From NCBI GenBank assembly GCA_009781275.1, contig WQYK01000001.1:1-55981 (forward strand): DNA of 55,981 bases, in the 5' to 3' direction. The notes under the pieces were generated by a model. It was given only the letters and a program-made list of their open reading frames with translations, was not told the origin of the DNA and ran no database searches. Origin of the DNA: Bacteroidales bacterium. Lineage in GTDB: Bacteria > Bacteroidota > Bacteroidia > Bacteroidales > UBA932. This document shows, one piece after another, positions 36,770 through 46,481 of the stretch (positions are counted from its first letter, which is position 1; the number at the start of each line of letters is the position of its first letter). The position numbers and the translations under genes were made by a program.

Positions 36770-37909
36770 ATGAAAAAAAGCCATTGCTTGTTCCTGATAC
36801 CCACTATTATTCTGCTGCTTTTTTCCCATTCTGCCCCTTTGCATGCCCAGGATGCGGCGTCATGGATACGCAAGCTGTATGCACCTAAAACAGATACCAT
36901 ATCCCTTATCTTTCTGGGAGACATTATGATGCATGGATCCCAGCTCATCTCTGCCAAAACAGAAAACGGATACAACTACCTTCACTGCTTTGAACCCATA
37001 GCCCCCCGCCTCAAAGGAGCCAGCCTAAGTATGGCCAACATTGAGACCACCTTTGCCGGCCCGCCCTACACCGGTTATCCCATCTTCTCTTCGCCTGACA
37101 TACTTGTGGATCATCTTAAAGAATCAGGCTTTGGACTGCTCTTTACGGCAAACAACCATATATGCGACCTGGGTAAAAAGGGATTGGAGAGAAGTTTGAA
37201 CCTGTTTGACTCAATTGGTGTGCTGCACACGGGAACGTTTAGATCTCTTGAAGAGCGCAACCAACGATACCCCCTGCTTGTCAACTTAAACGGCATTCGA
37301 ATCGCCATCCTTAATTACAGTTATGGCACTAACGGATTTACCGTTCCAAGCCCTTTTATCGTCAATCTTATAGACACCACCCTTATAGCAGCTGACATAC
37401 TTAGGGCCCAAAGGAGGGTGCCCGATTTTATTATTGCCTATATGCACTGGGGCCAAGAGTACCAACTACGTCCAAACGCCCGTCAAGAAATATTGACTAA
37501 TTTTATGATTGACAAAGGAGTTGACATCGTAATCGGAGCACATCCACATGTGCCCCAAGGGATGGAGGTGAGGCACCATGCACACGGCGAGATCAAAAAC
37601 GTCATCGTCTACTCTTTGGGTAACGTGATCTCCAACCAGCCCTTTCCCCATACCCAGATCGGTCTGCTCGCAGAGATCAAATTGATCAAGAACGGACTTT
37701 ATAAAGCGATCACCTCTTTTGACTGGGAGTGGATTGTCACCGAACCCAGACGCGAACCGGGAGGACGAAAATTTTATGTTCTTCCCCTTGACCAAAGCAC
37801 CCAATCGTCTGCATCTATTACCATTCAACCGGACGGGACACCACTTCCCAGCGTTCGGGTCCGTACCGACACCCTCTCCGGTAAAACCATCCGGTATACA
37901 CTCTACTAA
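36770..37909 (+). CDS. CapA-family metallophosphatase-fold protein (poly-gamma-glutamate capsule synthesis-like)
   Basis: Signal peptide. FLGDIMMHG, TANNHICDLG, YMHWGQEY and GAHPHV motifs typical of the PGA_cap/CapA family. Confidence 0.85.
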   Translation: MKKSHCLFLIPTIILLLFSHSAPLHAQDAASWIRKLYAPKTDTISLIFLGDIMMHGSQLISAKTENGYNYLHCFEPIAPRLKGASLSMANIETTFAGPPYTGYPIFSSPDILVDHLKESGFGLLFTANNHICDLGKKGLERSLNLFDSIGVLHTGTFRSLEERNQRYPLLVNLNGIRIAILNYSYGTNGFTVPSPFIVNLIDTTLIAADILRAQRRVPDFIIAYMHWGQEYQLRPNARQEILTNFMIDKGVDIVIGAHPHVPQGMEVRHHAHGEIKNVIVYSLGNVISNQPFPHTQIGLLAEIKLIKNGLYKAITSFDWEWIVTEPRREPGGRKFYVLPLDQSTQSSASITIQPDGTPLPSVRVRTDTLSGKTIRYTLY

Positions 37910-37930
37910 CCACCCAATCCATACACATAC

Positions 37931-38863
37931 ATGGAGAGAACCATTTATATCGAACATATTGACCCAAGAGCTCTTTTTGGAACCGGAAACAATCTTTTTC
38001 AACGATTCTGCCACCATTTTCCAAAATTAAAGGTCGTTGCAAGGGGCGAAGAGATCAAGATTCAGGGGCCGGAAGACGAAATCGCCATCTTTGAAGAGCG
38101 CTTTACACTTCTGATGGCCTTAGCCCAAAGAAAAAACACACTGGCAGAGGCCGACATCACCACGTTGCTTCAGGGCGAATGTGCGGGTGACGACCCTCAA
38201 GCCCTGGTCTACGGAAACGACGGCAAAACAATTCGTGCCCGTACCCCCAACCAACAAGCGCTTGCCGCTGCTTACACCCACAACGATCTGATCTTTGCCC
38301 TGGGCCCTGCCGGTACCGGCAAAACCTATACCGCCATTGCGTTAGCTGTTCGTGCGCTTAAAAATAAGGAGGTTAAGCGCATCATCCTTACCCGTCCCGC
38401 TGTAGAAGCGGGAGAGCGCCTCGGCTTTTTACCCGGCGACATGAAGGAAAAATTAGACCCCTACCTCCAACCGCTCTACGACGCCCTCCACGACATGATT
38501 CCCGGGAAAAAATTGCAACAGTACATGGAAGAGGGGACGATTCAGATCGCCCCCTTAGCCTATATGCGCGGACGCACCTTAGACAATGCATGCGTGATTT
38601 TAGACGAAGCGCAAAACACCAACATGGGCCAACTCAAGATGTTTTTGACCCGAATGGGTTGCAATGCAAAATTTATCGTCACCGGCGACGCCACACAAAT
38701 CGACCTGCCCAAAAAGTCGGATTCAGGGCTGCTCAAAGCAGCCAAACTGCTCAAACAGACCACGGGAATCGCCTTTATCCATTTTGACGAGCGCGACATG
38801 GTGCGCCACCCCTTGGTAAAGACGATTGTAAAAGCATTTGAACGTGGGACTGAGGGCGATTAA
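37931..38863 (+). CDS. phoH: PhoH-family ATPase
   Basis: Walker A GPAGTGKTY. ILDEAQN Walker B and TGDATQIDLP motifs. 310 aa. Confidence 0.92.
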   Translation: MERTIYIEHIDPRALFGTGNNLFQRFCHHFPKLKVVARGEEIKIQGPEDEIAIFEERFTLLMALAQRKNTLAEADITTLLQGECAGDDPQALVYGNDGKTIRARTPNQQALAAAYTHNDLIFALGPAGTGKTYTAIALAVRALKNKEVKRIILTRPAVEAGERLGFLPGDMKEKLDPYLQPLYDALHDMIPGKKLQQYMEEGTIQIAPLAYMRGRTLDNACVILDEAQNTNMGQLKMFLTRMGCNAKFIVTGDATQIDLPKKSDSGLLKAAKLLKQTTGIAFIHFDERDMVRHPLVKTIVKAFERGTEGD

Positions 38864-40629
38864 CCGGAATCCTCGTTTATGATTTTGATGGCCATCTCCA
38901 GCAACTCATCACGCCCCTCCCTGATCCCCTCTATGGTTGGCTCAATCCAGATATCAGGGACAATACCGATGCGTTGTGTTTGCCTTCCATCCGGATAATA
39001 GACGCCAATGCCGGAAATTACTGTTCGTAATCCTCCGGGAAGCCATATTTCCGACACATTTCCATCTGCACCTGCGGTAGTGCTTCCAATCACGATGGTG
39101 TTCATCCCCGCCCTAAAAGCCATAGCTTGAAACTCGGCATTACTTTGGGAAACTTCATTAACAATCACAATCAATTTACCATGAAAAGTATTTCCTGTCC
39201 CCGGAATTGTATAGGGAGTAGAAAATGAAAACTCTCCCGGATGATGGGCATTACCAACGGTAAATTTTACAAACGGGACAACATTTGAAACAAAAAAAGA
39301 ACCTAACGTGTAAGGAACATGTGCTGACGGGTAGTTTCGAATATCGATAATGATTCCCTTTGTTTGTTCAAATAGTTCCCTGATTACAGGGACATCTCCA
39401 TCTTGAATGGTCGCCATTGTGATATAACCGATACCCCATTCTAAAAATTTATAACACTTCTCGTTAGGATTCACTTTGTATGTTCCATACCAGTCATTTA
39501 GCTGATATCTTGTGTACATCTGGATATCTCTTCGTCCCGACGAACCTGACGAATAGTAGTCAACGCTTATGGTACTGTTGTTGGAGCGCAGCAAGTCAAA
39601 AGAGATGTTCCGTAACCTGGAGGCCTCATTGGACGCAGGATAATACTTTCTAAGGCTGTCAACAATAAAGTCAACTGACTCCCCGTTAATATGTGTGATG
39701 ACATCGCCGATCTCAATTCCCACAGCCTCTTTTAACCTCCAATCATAATAATCGGTTACGACTAACTTCCCCTCAATAAACCAGACCCTTATTGGCGCAT
39801 ATCGGCTTCCTTTTAATTCTGCGATGGCAGTACCTCCTCCCAAACCGGAGGCATGGGTATCGTTTATTTCACCAATCACCTGTATAGTAGCTAATTCATA
39901 CTCAAGTTTATTTGTTGCCGAAAGAAATATGGGAATATACTCTTCGAGAACATCCTCCCAATTTTTATCGGTGAGGTATGTACTCGGGAAAAAATAGTGA
40001 ACCATGTTCCAATACCGGAAAAGCGCCAACAGGCGAAAACCGGCATCGGGATAGGGCATATTTGAGTACGGGTTTTCTCTTATAAATTGAGGGTTCCCTA
40101 CAGACGGATTTATTCGGATATAGTAATGATTCACTTGATACCTGTTATTGTAGACCTCCTTGATTTTCTCTATCAAAGCGTCACTCATATCACTCTCTTC
40201 CGCCCATAATAAATTGGGTTTGATATAAGCGTCAAAAGGTGATTCTCTACATGTTGTACAGATGGTGATTCCACCGTACTTATTGATCCAGTTAAGGAGC
40301 GTTTGGTCTCTTTCCTGATTATTCTCTACCGTTAAATATTGAGGTAATATGCGAAAAAGTTCATAATCCCAATTACGAAGTCCGTGCTGAACGTATGGGT
40401 GATGATACTTTAGAAGGCCCCATACTTTGCCCAACAGGTCCAAATTGGCGACAAGCTGTTGGGTAAGTTCCGGGAATACGATCCGGGAGCCATAGTCAAA
40501 TTCCGTATCGCTGTCAGCAGATAACGTTACACCACCATTGCCACCGCCTTTGTCAATAATAACATCTCCCTTGCAACTTGAAAATAGTGCTAAAATGAAG
40601 ATGAAGAGTACAAAAGAAACCTTCTTCAT
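38860..40629 (-). CDS. S41-family peptidase lipoprotein (with a PDZ-like insert)
   Basis: Lipobox LFSSCKG. C-terminal S41 pattern (LIVIVNEVSQSNAEFQAMAFRA...VIGSTTAGADGNV). GC is visibly lower than in the neighbours: about 38-42% on two sampled lines. Confidence 0.8.
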   Translation of the reverse strand: MKKVSFVLFIFILALFSSCKGDVIIDKGGGNGGVTLSADSDTEFDYGSRIVFPELTQQLVANLDLLGKVWGLLKYHHPYVQHGLRNWDYELFRILPQYLTVENNQERDQTLLNWINKYGGITICTTCRESPFDAYIKPNLLWAEESDMSDALIEKIKEVYNNRYQVNHYYIRINPSVGNPQFIRENPYSNMPYPDAGFRLLALFRYWNMVHYFFPSTYLTDKNWEDVLEEYIPIFLSATNKLEYELATIQVIGEINDTHASGLGGGTAIAELKGSRYAPIRVWFIEGKLVVTDYYDWRLKEAVGIEIGDVITHINGESVDFIVDSLRKYYPASNEASRLRNISFDLLRSNNSTISVDYYSSGSSGRRDIQMYTRYQLNDWYGTYKVNPNEKCYKFLEWGIGYITMATIQDGDVPVIRELFEQTKGIIIDIRNYPSAHVPYTLGSFFVSNVVPFVKFTVGNAHHPGEFSFSTPYTIPGTGNTFHGKLIVIVNEVSQSNAEFQAMAFRAGMNTIVIGSTTAGADGNVSEIWLPGGLRTVISGIGVYYPDGRQTQRIGIVPDIWIEPTIEGIREGRDELLEMAIKIINEDSG

Positions 40630-40637
40630 AGTAGTGC

Positions 40638-42317
40638 CTATCCCAACCGCACCACCGAGCCGGCCAACGCACCCGTGTGCAATTCATTCTTTACCGTCCA
40701 CACGCCGTTTACAAAGACATGTTCAATCCCTTTGTTAAACTGATGTGGTTGGGCGTAGGTGGATAGTTCGCAAACGGTTTGAGGATCAAAGACCACCACG
40801 TCGGCACGGTAGCCCGGAATCAGCAGGCCCCTGTCTTTAATACCTAAGCGTGAAGCGGGTAGTGCCGTTATTTTAGACACGGCTGTTTGCAGGTCTACCA
40901 CCTTTTGCTCCCTTACGTAGGTGCCCAAGAAACGGGGAAAAGAGCCGTAGGAACGGGGATGGGGCATGCTGTTAGAGAGCGGACCTTGCGGGGAGTAGAC
41001 GCTACCATCGGAGGCGGGCATGCCCAGACGGTGGGCAAAGAGCAGCCGGAGGTTCTCTTCTGCCATGGCAAATCCGATGATGCTCACCCCCATGTTTTCG
41101 GAGATTAACAAATAGTGTACAAACTCCTGTACCTCCATTCCCGCTATTTGGGCACACTCCTTAAGGTTCTTGCCTATATATTTCAAGTTTTCGGGCTGAC
41201 GACTCGAAGCAATAAGTACGTTTTGAGGGCCACCCAATCTTTCGATCCTGGAAGCGCCGTAAATGGCGATCTGTTTTCCCTTTTGGGGGTCCCGGAGCCG
41301 GTCGATCACCTCCGCCCTACTGCCCTGACGATCTGCCAACGGAATAAAACTTGTGAGGCCGGTGGAGAAAGCGGTGTAAGGATAACGGTCAAAGGCTACG
41401 TCAATCCCGGAGGCAACAGCGTCGTCTATCATTTTGAGCAAGATCGGCGCCTTGTGCCAGTTTGCGGCATTTTGCGCTTTCAGGTGGGAAATCTGAAGAC
41501 GAACGCCTGAGCGGCGGGCAATCTCAATAGACTCCCCTACCGACTCCTCCACAAAGTCGTCCTCATTACGCATGTGTATGCAAAATAGACCATTATATTC
41601 GGCAACCACCTTGCAAAGCTCCACCAGTTCTTCGTTAGAGGCATACGATCCCGGCGTATACTCCAAACCGCACGACAATCCTATACTGCCCAACTCCAAC
41701 TGCTTGGCCAAAATATCTTTCATCTGCCTGATTTGGGCGGGAGTCGCCTCTACAGCGTTCTCTCCCACCACAATAGAGCGCAACTGTCCCTGTCCTGTAA
41801 AAGAGGCATAATTGATTCCGATTTTATTCTTTTCTAAGGCCTCATAAAATCCGTCTACATGCTGCCAATAGGAATGGCCAAAGCGTAGCTGATCTCTGTT
41901 TTTTTCAAAATCTGCATCTGAATAGGGGAAAGGAGATCCTCCGCAAGTTCCTCCCACGTCGGTAGTTACACCCTGATAGAGCTTGCTGTCGCCTGCGGGA
42001 CATTGAAAAAGATTGGTGTCTGTATGGGAGTGAATGTCAATAAATCCCGGAGAAACAGCACGTCCGGTTGCGTCTAACACCTGATCCGCCGTATCGCCCA
42101 AGTTTCCAACGGCTGCGATCTTTCCCTCTTTGATTCCCAAGTCACCCGGAATAGGGGTACGTCCGTCTCCCGTATAGATCAATCCGTTCTTAATGATCAC
42201 ATCAAAGGATGAAGCGCCTTTAGCCCTTGCCTGTACCCGCAAGGGATTTGTAATGCCAAGTCCCAGAGCAGCTCCGGCTATGGCAGAAGTTTGGAGAAAT
42301 TTACGTCTTGATAACAT
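40638..42317 (-). CDS. N-acyl-D-amino-acid deacylase (D-aminoacylase) family amidohydrolase with a Tat signal
   Basis: ATG 42317 gives MLSRRKFLQTSAIAGAALGLG, a twin-arginine motif. FDVIIKNGLIYTG...SPGFIDIHSHTD metal-binding HxH motif. About 559 aa. Confidence 0.85.
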   Translation of the reverse strand: MLSRRKFLQTSAIAGAALGLGITNPLRVQARAKGASSFDVIIKNGLIYTGDGRTPIPGDLGIKEGKIAAVGNLGDTADQVLDATGRAVSPGFIDIHSHTDTNLFQCPAGDSKLYQGVTTDVGGTCGGSPFPYSDADFEKNRDQLRFGHSYWQHVDGFYEALEKNKIGINYASFTGQGQLRSIVVGENAVEATPAQIRQMKDILAKQLELGSIGLSCGLEYTPGSYASNEELVELCKVVAEYNGLFCIHMRNEDDFVEESVGESIEIARRSGVRLQISHLKAQNAANWHKAPILLKMIDDAVASGIDVAFDRYPYTAFSTGLTSFIPLADRQGSRAEVIDRLRDPQKGKQIAIYGASRIERLGGPQNVLIASSRQPENLKYIGKNLKECAQIAGMEVQEFVHYLLISENMGVSIIGFAMAEENLRLLFAHRLGMPASDGSVYSPQGPLSNSMPHPRSYGSFPRFLGTYVREQKVVDLQTAVSKITALPASRLGIKDRGLLIPGYRADVVVFDPQTVCELSTYAQPHQFNKGIEHVFVNGVWTVKNELHTGALAGSVVRLG

Positions 42318-42319
42318 AG

Positions 42320-43312
42320 TCAACGATTTTTATAAAATTTAACATTTTGTGTTGCAAAAGATTGATAGGCGCCCGTGACATCGGTGTAGATGAGGTAGGC
42401 ATCAAACTGAGGATGCGTTTCCAGAAAGATTTTGGTTTTTTCTAACCCCATCACCATAAAGGCGGTAGCCATGGCGTCTGCGGTCATGCAGTCATGAGTA
42501 ATCACAGTGGCGCTTAACAGGCTGTGTTGCACAGGCGAGCCGGTGGCGGGGTCAATGGTGTGTCCAAATTTTTGTCCGTTTGATTCGTAGTAGTTGCGGT
42601 AGTTCCCCGACGTGGCAAGACCTCGTCCGCTGATCTTAAGGATCGCCTGCATGCTCATACCGGGGATCAGGTTCCCGTACTCCGGCCTGTCGACGCCAAT
42701 GCTCCACGGTTTTCGTTGTGCGTTCACCCCTTCGCAATAGATCTCCCCCCCCACTTCAATCAAAAAATTTTTTACTCCCACAGCGCGCAGTCGAGAGGCA
42801 ATCACATCGGGACAATACCCTTTGGCAATGGCGTTGGCGTTTAAGGATACTCTGGGGTCGGCCTTCTCAATTTTCCCATCCGACAACCAGATTTTGTCCA
42901 TGCCCGCAAAGATCGAAATGGAGTCAAGCTTCTCTCGGGAGACCAACTCGCGGTGCTTAAATCCAAAGCCCCAGAGGTCAAAATAGGGGGCGGCAGCCAT
43001 GTCAAACGCGCCATTGGTCAATGTGTAGATCTCCTTGCCCCGCTTAAAAACATTCACAAAAAGGGTATCCAGTTCAACCGGTTCGTTTCTGTTAACCTTG
43101 GAGATAATCGACTCTTTGTTGTATACCGATAACGATGCGTCCACATCCCTAAAGGCTTGTGTCACTATATGAGAAATGTCAGAATTCGATTGTTGGTACA
43201 CAATGTGGTAGGTTGTTCCCAGCGCAAATCCGTCCAATGTTTTATAATCGGCACGATAATTGCAGGAGAAGAGAGGCATAATAAAGAGAATGATAAAGAT
43301 AACGCGTTGCAT
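42320..43312 (-). CDS. apbE: FAD:protein FMN transferase (ApbE family) lipoprotein
   Basis: ATG 43312 gives MQRVIFIILFIMPLFSCNY (lipobox). ApbE-like segments (AIAKGY, GGEIY, ATSGNYRNY, GHTIDPATG, ADAMATAF). The stop is 2 nt from the next ATG. Confidence 0.88.
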   Translation of the reverse strand: MQRVIFIILFIMPLFSCNYRADYKTLDGFALGTTYHIVYQQSNSDISHIVTQAFRDVDASLSVYNKESIISKVNRNEPVELDTLFVNVFKRGKEIYTLTNGAFDMAAAPYFDLWGFGFKHRELVSREKLDSISIFAGMDKIWLSDGKIEKADPRVSLNANAIAKGYCPDVIASRLRAVGVKNFLIEVGGEIYCEGVNAQRKPWSIGVDRPEYGNLIPGMSMQAILKISGRGLATSGNYRNYYESNGQKFGHTIDPATGSPVQHSLLSATVITHDCMTADAMATAFMVMGLEKTKIFLETHPQFDAYLIYTDVTGAYQSFATQNVKFYKNR

Positions 43313-43411
43313 CGATTTTTCAAAAACATCCAAATATACGATTTTATTCTTCAATGTTGTCTGTACATAGAAATATTTGCATCTTTGCACGTCATTAAAT
43401 ACCGCTAGCCA

Positions 43412-44473
43412 ATGAGTATCTGTTACCGTAAAATCATCATGTTCTGTTTGTGTGTGAGCATATTGCTCTTTAGCGCATGCAAAGAGAAAGATCCCGAGCC
43501 GGAGGGAAAAAATTATATGTCAGGAACTCTTGTTCACAATGTTCCGCAATATGTGTATAGACTAACAACATACACCTTTAACGCCTCCGGCATTACCACG
43601 CCGGAAGATGGGCTTTCCTATCACTGGGTCGGCCCCGGATTCGAACCTGACTCCTGTTTTACACAGACATATACGTGTATGTCTCCGGAGAAAATGGGAT
43701 CCTATACCATCTCAATTGCCGTTTCCCACGAAGGTTACTACGACGCAGGTATGCCTCAATATATTACCGTCATCGACAGCCTATTCTTTGTCTCTGTTAC
43801 CGGCATCATACCGGGCACCGATTCAATTGTAGATCCACGAGACGGAACCAAGTACCACACTCGCATATTTGGCGCCTTAGAGTGGTTTGTACAAAACCTC
43901 AATTGGGCAGGAGCAGGAAATCCCTACGCAAAGGTAGAAGCGCTAAGCACGCCATATGGCAGGCTCTATTCGTGGAACGAAGCTACTTCCGGTGTAGCGG
44001 CTCCCAGCCAAGAGGCTTCCAGCTTAGGATTAGGCCCTCAAGGAGCATGTCCCCCCGGGTGGAGCGTTCCCACAAATGACGACTGGGCACACCTCGCCTC
44101 TGTCGTAAACGGAGGTACCCCCATCTCCTTTTTTGATGACTGGGATGGTGTAGCCAGCCCGCTTTGTGCCTACGCCAAATTGGTTGATGTTCTCGTATGG
44201 CCGTACAGTCCACGCAACACCAAAAGCAACCTTGCTGCATGGAACGGACTACCCGGAGGAAACAGCACCAACAACGGCAACAACTACGGCAATATAGGCA
44301 ACTACGGCTTCTGGCTAAGCTCCTCAGAAGCAGATGCCCATAACGGCTACTACCGTTACATCCATTACGACCTCAATCAATTCCCATACCACGCAACAGA
44401 CAAGAATTCATTTGGCGCTTCTGTCCGTTGTGTACGCCTCATTGCCACCGAACCGGAACTACCTGAGGAGTAG
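43412..44473 (+). CDS. FISUMP (Fibrobacter succinogenes major paralogous) domain lipoprotein
   Basis: Lipobox LLFSACKE. N-terminal Ig-like region. DPRDGTKYHT..EWFVQNLN..YGRLYSWNEA..CPPGWSVPTNDDWAHL..FWLSSSE..SVRCVR pattern. Confidence 0.8.
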   Translation: MSICYRKIIMFCLCVSILLFSACKEKDPEPEGKNYMSGTLVHNVPQYVYRLTTYTFNASGITTPEDGLSYHWVGPGFEPDSCFTQTYTCMSPEKMGSYTISIAVSHEGYYDAGMPQYITVIDSLFFVSVTGIIPGTDSIVDPRDGTKYHTRIFGALEWFVQNLNWAGAGNPYAKVEALSTPYGRLYSWNEATSGVAAPSQEASSLGLGPQGACPPGWSVPTNDDWAHLASVVNGGTPISFFDDWDGVASPLCAYAKLVDVLVWPYSPRNTKSNLAAWNGLPGGNSTNNGNNYGNIGNYGFWLSSSEADAHNGYYRYIHYDLNQFPYHATDKNSFGASVRCVRLIATEPELPEE

Positions 44474-44474
44474 T

Positions 44475-45236
44475 CTACAGTACCTTCACCCTCTGCTTAT
44501 ACTCAGCAAGCGCAGCATCCAAACGCTCACGGGCGGTAGTGTCGCCGGGAACGTTGTGCGATGGGTGGATGTAGAGGTGTACGCCGCGGTCGGCAAGGAT
44601 TTCGGCTACGGTGGTGACGGTCATCCAAACTAAGGTGACAAAACCTAAAGTCGAAACGGGGCCAACTTTGTCAAAGTGGTTTTTTAGGGGCACAGAGGCG
44701 TCGACCAGCGGAACGCAGGAGTCGACCACCACGTCGCCCAACTGAAAGAGCGTTTTGCCGCAGGAGTGGCGGGTTTGCTTGTCGGCCGATTCGGCGGCAG
44801 AGCCGTACACGATGACTTTCATCCCTTTCTTCTTGGCTTCGAGCGCTACGTCAATGTTGACGTTGTTGATGCCGGTGTGGGAGAAGAGCCATACGGTGTC
44901 GCGGGTATCAAAGTCGTACCCTTTCATAATCTCTACGCCGTAACCTTCTGCACGCTCCAAAAAGAGAAACTGGTGCACCCCCATCTCTCCGGTAATACGG
45001 GTAAAGAAGGTGAGGGGCAACTCGACCATGGGGTGAAAACCCACAAAGCCTCCGATTCTGGGATACATCTCTTCTACAGGTATGGTGGCGTGGCCGCAAC
45101 CAAAGGTGTGTACCCAGCGACCTGCTTCAATCGAGTCGGCCATAAGGGTGGCGGCTTTTTTAATGTTGTCCAATTGGGTGGCCTCAATCTTGTCCATGAC
45201 GCCTCTGGCGTTCATCATCCATTCTAATGCTAACAT
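44475..45236 (-). CDS. SIS (sugar isomerase) domain protein of the UPF0309 type
   Basis: 253 aa. HTFGCGHA and LFSHTGINNVNIDVALEAKKKGMKVI segments typical of SIS phosphosugar-binding folds. Last gene of the ROK-MFS-SIS unit. Confidence 0.75.
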   Translation of the reverse strand: MLALEWMMNARGVMDKIEATQLDNIKKAATLMADSIEAGRWVHTFGCGHATIPVEEMYPRIGGFVGFHPMVELPLTFFTRITGEMGVHQFLFLERAEGYGVEIMKGYDFDTRDTVWLFSHTGINNVNIDVALEAKKKGMKVIVYGSAAESADKQTRHSCGKTLFQLGDVVVDSCVPLVDASVPLKNHFDKVGPVSTLGFVTLVWMTVTTVAEILADRGVHLYIHPSHNVPGDTTARERLDAALAEYKQRVKVL

Positions 45237-45266
45237 GTTCTTAATATTTAGTTATTTATAAAAGTT

Positions 45267-46424
45267 TTATCTATTCTTTTTTCCGGCGCGCAAAGATAGT
45301 GTAAAAAGGAGTATCATGGCGCATAAAGATATCATCATAAGCACTGGATAGAGTCCAATTCCCCATTGCTCAGCCACTATGCCCATCAGGTAGTTGACGG
45401 AGGTATTTCCCAAAAGGGCAATTACCAATGCAATGCTGAATACTGTGCCGGAGAGAGAGGCGTACGCACTCCCCAGCATGCCAAAAACAACAGGGAAAGT
45501 GGCTGCCAAGCCAAATCCGATTAGGGTCATGGCTATTGAAGCTCCTAAATAGGTGGGTACAAACATCAGAACGGCGCATCCGGTCAAGGCAATGAGGATA
45601 CTGCCAAAGAGGAGGCGACGCTCCCCGATTTTGCGAAAGAGCACCGACAGTAGAAGTCGGGCCGCCGTGAGTCCAATCATCAAGAAGGTAAAAGCAAAGA
45701 GCGCCTGCTCGCCACTTAAATTGCCCACACGGCCCAAATAGGTGGTAGTCCAATTATTACCCAATCCCTCTACCGCAGCCTGAAAAAAGAGGACAAAACT
45801 CAAAATCAACAATAACGGTTGTTTAAGCAACTTTGCACCGGCAATCAACGGAAAACCTTGAGATTGCTTGGCCTTGGGAAAACCAATCACAAAGAAATAG
45901 ACCACGCACAACAAAATAAAGAAACCAATATATTGCATCACCGTTTGGTAGGGATAGTGCTTGGATAAAAACGCCAGCAATACCGGAATCCCCAAAGCCC
46001 CCAATCCATAGAAAGCGCCCAAAAGACTGAGCTTAGCTCCCCTGTCTTTATCATCAGTGATATCGGAGACCAAAGCGTTGGTCAATCCGTTGAGAATCCC
46101 CCCGCCAAAGCCAATGGAGAGAATGGCAATACGCATCCATGCCAGATTTTGCAGCATGGCCATGCCTTCCAACCCCAGCACCACAAACAAAGAGCTAATA
46201 ATCAGCAAATATTTGTACCCCCACCTATCCACGATGGGACCAAAAAAGAGCGACCCAAACAAGATTCCAATGGGCAAAAACACAATCAGTTCAGACATTT
46301 CTATCTGATTTAATCCAAAAGTTTGGGAAATTTGGGGCATCACAGAGCCTAACGAGGTCATGGTAATGCCAAAAAACGCCATACCCATGCAGGCAGCGAT
46401 AAAGACGGAAAGTTTTTTATACAT
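45267..46424 (-). CDS. MFS transporter
   Basis: 385 aa with about 12 hydrophobic spans. GPIVDRWGYK loop motif between TM2 and TM3. Confidence 0.85.
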   Translation of the reverse strand: MYKKLSVFIAACMGMAFFGITMTSLGSVMPQISQTFGLNQIEMSELIVFLPIGILFGSLFFGPIVDRWGYKYLLIISSLFVVLGLEGMAMLQNLAWMRIAILSIGFGGGILNGLTNALVSDITDDKDRGAKLSLLGAFYGLGALGIPVLLAFLSKHYPYQTVMQYIGFFILLCVVYFFVIGFPKAKQSQGFPLIAGAKLLKQPLLLILSFVLFFQAAVEGLGNNWTTTYLGRVGNLSGEQALFAFTFLMIGLTAARLLLSVLFRKIGERRLLFGSILIALTGCAVLMFVPTYLGASIAMTLIGFGLAATFPVVFGMLGSAYASLSGTVFSIALVIALLGNTSVNYLMGIVAEQWGIGLYPVLMMISLCAMILLFTLSLRAGKKNR

Positions 46425-46444
46425 GTTGTTTTACGTTTATGTAG

Positions 46445-46465
46445 GGGCGGGCTTCACGCCCGCCC
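46445..46465 (-). other. GC-only intercistronic hairpin between the ROK kinase and MFS genes
   Basis: Minus-strand RNA GGGCGGGC-GUGAA-GCCCGCCC: an 8-bp all-GC stem and a 5-nt loop. No U tract follows, so it is not a canonical terminator. Confidence 0.6.
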
Positions 46466-46481
46466 ACATTGTTACAAATTG

